DNA of 64,000 nt, from positions 1,952,001-2,016,000 of the forward strand of contig CAWGJT010000005.1 of the NCBI GenBank assembly GCA_963822965.1, given 5' to 3'. Below the pieces are notes generated by a model. It saw only the letters and a list, made by a program, of their open reading frames with translations. It did not search any database and was not told where the DNA came from. Positions 59,579 through 64,000 of the stretch are shown here, piece after piece; the first letter of the stretch is position 1, and each line of letters begins with the position of its first letter. Both the position numbers and the translations under genes were made by a program. The DNA comes from an uncultured delta proteobacterium (GTDB lineage: Bacteria > Myxococcota_A > UBA9160 > UBA4427).

Positions 59579-60139
59579 TTGGCGGCAGCCGACGACGAGC
59601 TACGAGCGCTCGAGGGCAAGCTCAACACGCTGAAGCTCGACTACGAGCGTTACTTCCTGGGCTCCCGGCCCCGGGAGCCGGTCATGCTGCGCCAGGAGAT
59701 CCAGAAGACGGTGACGCTCTGGGCCAACCAGCCCATCCAGAACACCGCCGTGCGGTTCAAGTTCAACTCCATCCAATCCCGCTACCAGGCCCTCAAGCGC
59801 CAGTGGGACAGCATCCTCCGCCAGATGGAGGCGGGCACCTACAAGCGCGACGTGTTCCGGGCCAACATCCGGGAGAAGGGTCGCCCTCCCGCCGGCGGGC
59901 GATCGGCCGAACGCGCCGCGGCCTCGGCGAATGCCGGGCAGGCGCTCCTCGAGAGCTACCGCGAGGCCGCCCAGGCCTGTGGCCAGAGCGTGAGCGGCCT
60001 GAGCGCCCAGAAGCTGCAAGCGGTGGTCGACAAGCAGACGGCGGCCCTGCGGGCGAAGACGGGCTGCAAGGACGTGAGCTTCCGGGTGGTCGTGAAGGAC
60101 GGCAAGGCGAAGCTCAAGGCCGCACCCGTCCGGAAGTGA
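59579..60139 (+). CDS. MXAN_5187 C-terminal-domain-type hypothetical protein
   Basis: LKLDYERYFLG..P and C-terminal VSFRVVVKDGKAKLKA; TTG start. Confidence 0.7.
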   Translation: MAAADDELRALEGKLNTLKLDYERYFLGSRPREPVMLRQEIQKTVTLWANQPIQNTAVRFKFNSIQSRYQALKRQWDSILRQMEAGTYKRDVFRANIREKGRPPAGGRSAERAAASANAGQALLESYREAAQACGQSVSGLSAQKLQAVVDKQTAALRAKTGCKDVSFRVVVKDGKAKLKAAPVRK

Positions 60140-60220
60140 GCCCGCGCCACACAGGGGCACCGCCGAGAAGCATGGCCCGCACCCAAAGCACCCGGCTGGC
60201 GAGTCCTTCGGATTCGCCGG

Positions 60221-60631
60221 TCACCGCCTGGCGGCGACCGCCAGCTGGGCCTTCGCCCGGGCTAGCTCCTCCTCGAGCTCGCGGCGGCGCGCGGCGTGCT
60301 CTTCGTCCTGGGCCAGGGAGCCCAGCTCGAGCGTGCAGTTCTCCTCGCGGGCCCGCGCAGCGTCGGCGTCGATCTCCTCGGCGCGGAGCATCGAGCCCAC
60401 CATCACGACGACCCGTTCGGGACCCACCTCTGCGAAGCCGTCGGAGACCGCCGAGAGCTCGGAGCTCCCGCCCTTGCGGATCTCCATGCAGCCGTGGTCG
60501 AGCGCGGACAGGAAGTGCTCGTGGTTCTCGAGCACCCCGAACTCGCCCTCGCTGCCCGGCAGCACGACCTCGTCCACGGGTCCCGCGTAGGTCTGGCCCT
60601 CGGGCGTCACGACCACCAGCTCGATCGGCAT
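60221..60631 (-). CDS. atpC: ATP synthase F1 epsilon subunit
   Basis: LVVVTPEG, LPGSEGEFGVL..H, GFAEV. Confidence 0.94.
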   Translation of the reverse strand: MPIELVVVTPEGQTYAGPVDEVVLPGSEGEFGVLENHEHFLSALDHGCMEIRKGGSSELSAVSDGFAEVGPERVVVMVGSMLRAEEIDADAARAREENCTLELGSLAQDEEHAARRRELEEELARAKAQLAVAARR

Positions 60632-60682
60632 CGGTCTCTTCCCCTTGCTGCTTCGCGAACCGCGCGCGGGCGCGGGAGCGTT

Positions 60683-63051
<2,369 letters not shown>

Positions 63052-63056
63052 CCCGT

Positions 63057-64000
63057 CTAGGCCGCCTCGCCGTGGGCCGCCGGCTGGAACACCTTCGCGA
63101 ACTCGTCGAGCGCCGAGGCGAGCCGGCTCGCGGTGTCGGCCTCGAGCTTTCCGCTGGTGCGGATCGTATCCAGGATGTCGGCGTGGTGCTCGACCATGTG
63201 CCGGAGCATCTCGCGCTCGTAGCGACTCACGTCGCTCACGGGCAGGTCCCGGATCCACGACTTGCGGCCCTGCTGGGGCGTCGCTGAGAAGATCGAGACC
63301 ACCTGCTGCTCCACCGGCATCGGGGCGTACTGGCCCTGCTTCAGGATCTCCACCTGGCGGTCGCCGTTCGCCAGCTGCTCCTGGGTGGCGGCGTCGAGAT
63401 CGCTGCCGAACTGCGCGAAGGCCGCCTTCTCGCGGTACTGGGCGAGGGACAGCTTCAGGGTGCCGGCCACGCTCTTCATCGCCTTCGTCTGGGCCGCCCC
63501 ACCCACGCGAGACACCGAGATGCCCACGTTGATGGCGGGACGGATGCCCGAGTTGAACAGATCCGTCTCGAGGAAGATCTGGCCATCGGTGATGGAGATG
63601 ACGTTGGTCGGGATGTACGCCGACACGTCGCCCGCCTGGGTCTCGATGATGGGCAGCGCCGTGAGGCTGCCGCCGCCGAGGCTGTCGTTGAGCTTCGCCG
63701 CCCGCTCGAGCAGCCGCGAGTGCAGGTAGAAGACGTCGCCGGGGTAGGCCTCGCGCCCCGGAGGCCGACGCAGCAGCAGCGACAGCTGCCGGTAGGCCAC
63801 CGCCTGCTTGGACAGATCGTCGTACACGATGAGCGCGTGCTTGCCGTTGTCGCGGAACCACTCCCCCATCGTGCACCCCGAGTAGGGGGCGATGAACTGG
63901 AGGGGCGCCGGCTCGGCCGCGGTCGCGGCGACCACGATGGTGTACTCCATGGCGCCGTGCTGCTGCAGCTTCTGCACCACCTGCGCCACGGTGGACTGCT
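63057..64000 (-). CDS. atpA: ATP synthase F1 alpha subunit (5' end outside the window)
   Basis: [41 protein letters not shown]. Confidence 0.97.
   Translation of the reverse strand, partial: QSTVAQVVQKLQQHGAMEYTIVVAATAAEPAPLQFIAPYSGCTMGEWFRDNGKHALIVYDDLSKQAVAYRQLSLLLRRPPGREAYPGDVFYLHSRLLERAAKLNDSLGGGSLTALPIIETQAGDVSAYIPTNVISITDGQIFLETDLFNSGIRPAINVGISVSRVGGAAQTKAMKSVAGTLKLSLAQYREKAAFAQFGSDLDAATQEQLANGDRQVEILKQGQYAPMPVEQQVVSIFSATPQQGRKSWIRDLPVSDVSRYEREMLRHMVEHHADILDTIRTSGKLEADTASRLASALDEFAKVFQPAAHGEAA

Overview
This is a very GC-rich, densely coding window of a bacterial chromosome. A MXAN_5187-type protein and the many sigma-54 elements suggest Myxococcota or a related deltaproteobacterial lineage, which is an inference. 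Most of it is housekeeping: gshA, tatA/B-tatC, biotin carboxylase, malic enzyme, lspA, PBP1B, argH-lptM-lysA-dapF-dapA-dapB, glnB-glnA, eno, a Btu/Fec-type ABC transporter, comEA, ispB, bioB, atpAGDC and tRNA-Ala(CGC). Several features are missed by the ORF track or look unusual. (1) A membrane-anchored peroxiredoxin-like protein has an in-frame UGA (UPFC motif) followed by a SECIS-like hairpin, so it is a probable selenoprotein. (2) A class I aldolase sits beside a PfkB kinase::KdsD-like isomerase fusion, a possible Kdo/pentose salvage route. (3) A sigma-54 cascade includes a REC/pseudo-AAA+/pseudo-histidine-kinase fusion, an HD-GYP regulator and a PilZ-like protein. (4) A mycobacterial-style CYP51 steroid cluster is present. 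(5) A 300-bp CTAG-flanked MITE lies exactly at a stop/start junction. (6) There is a long purine-rich leader upstream of an IclR gene, and there are several hairpin or tandem repeat arrays at gene 3' ends. dapA and dapB each carry a frameshift, probably sequencing error. No CRISPR array, transposase or prophage was seen. Family assignments come from recognising motifs by eye, not from database searches.
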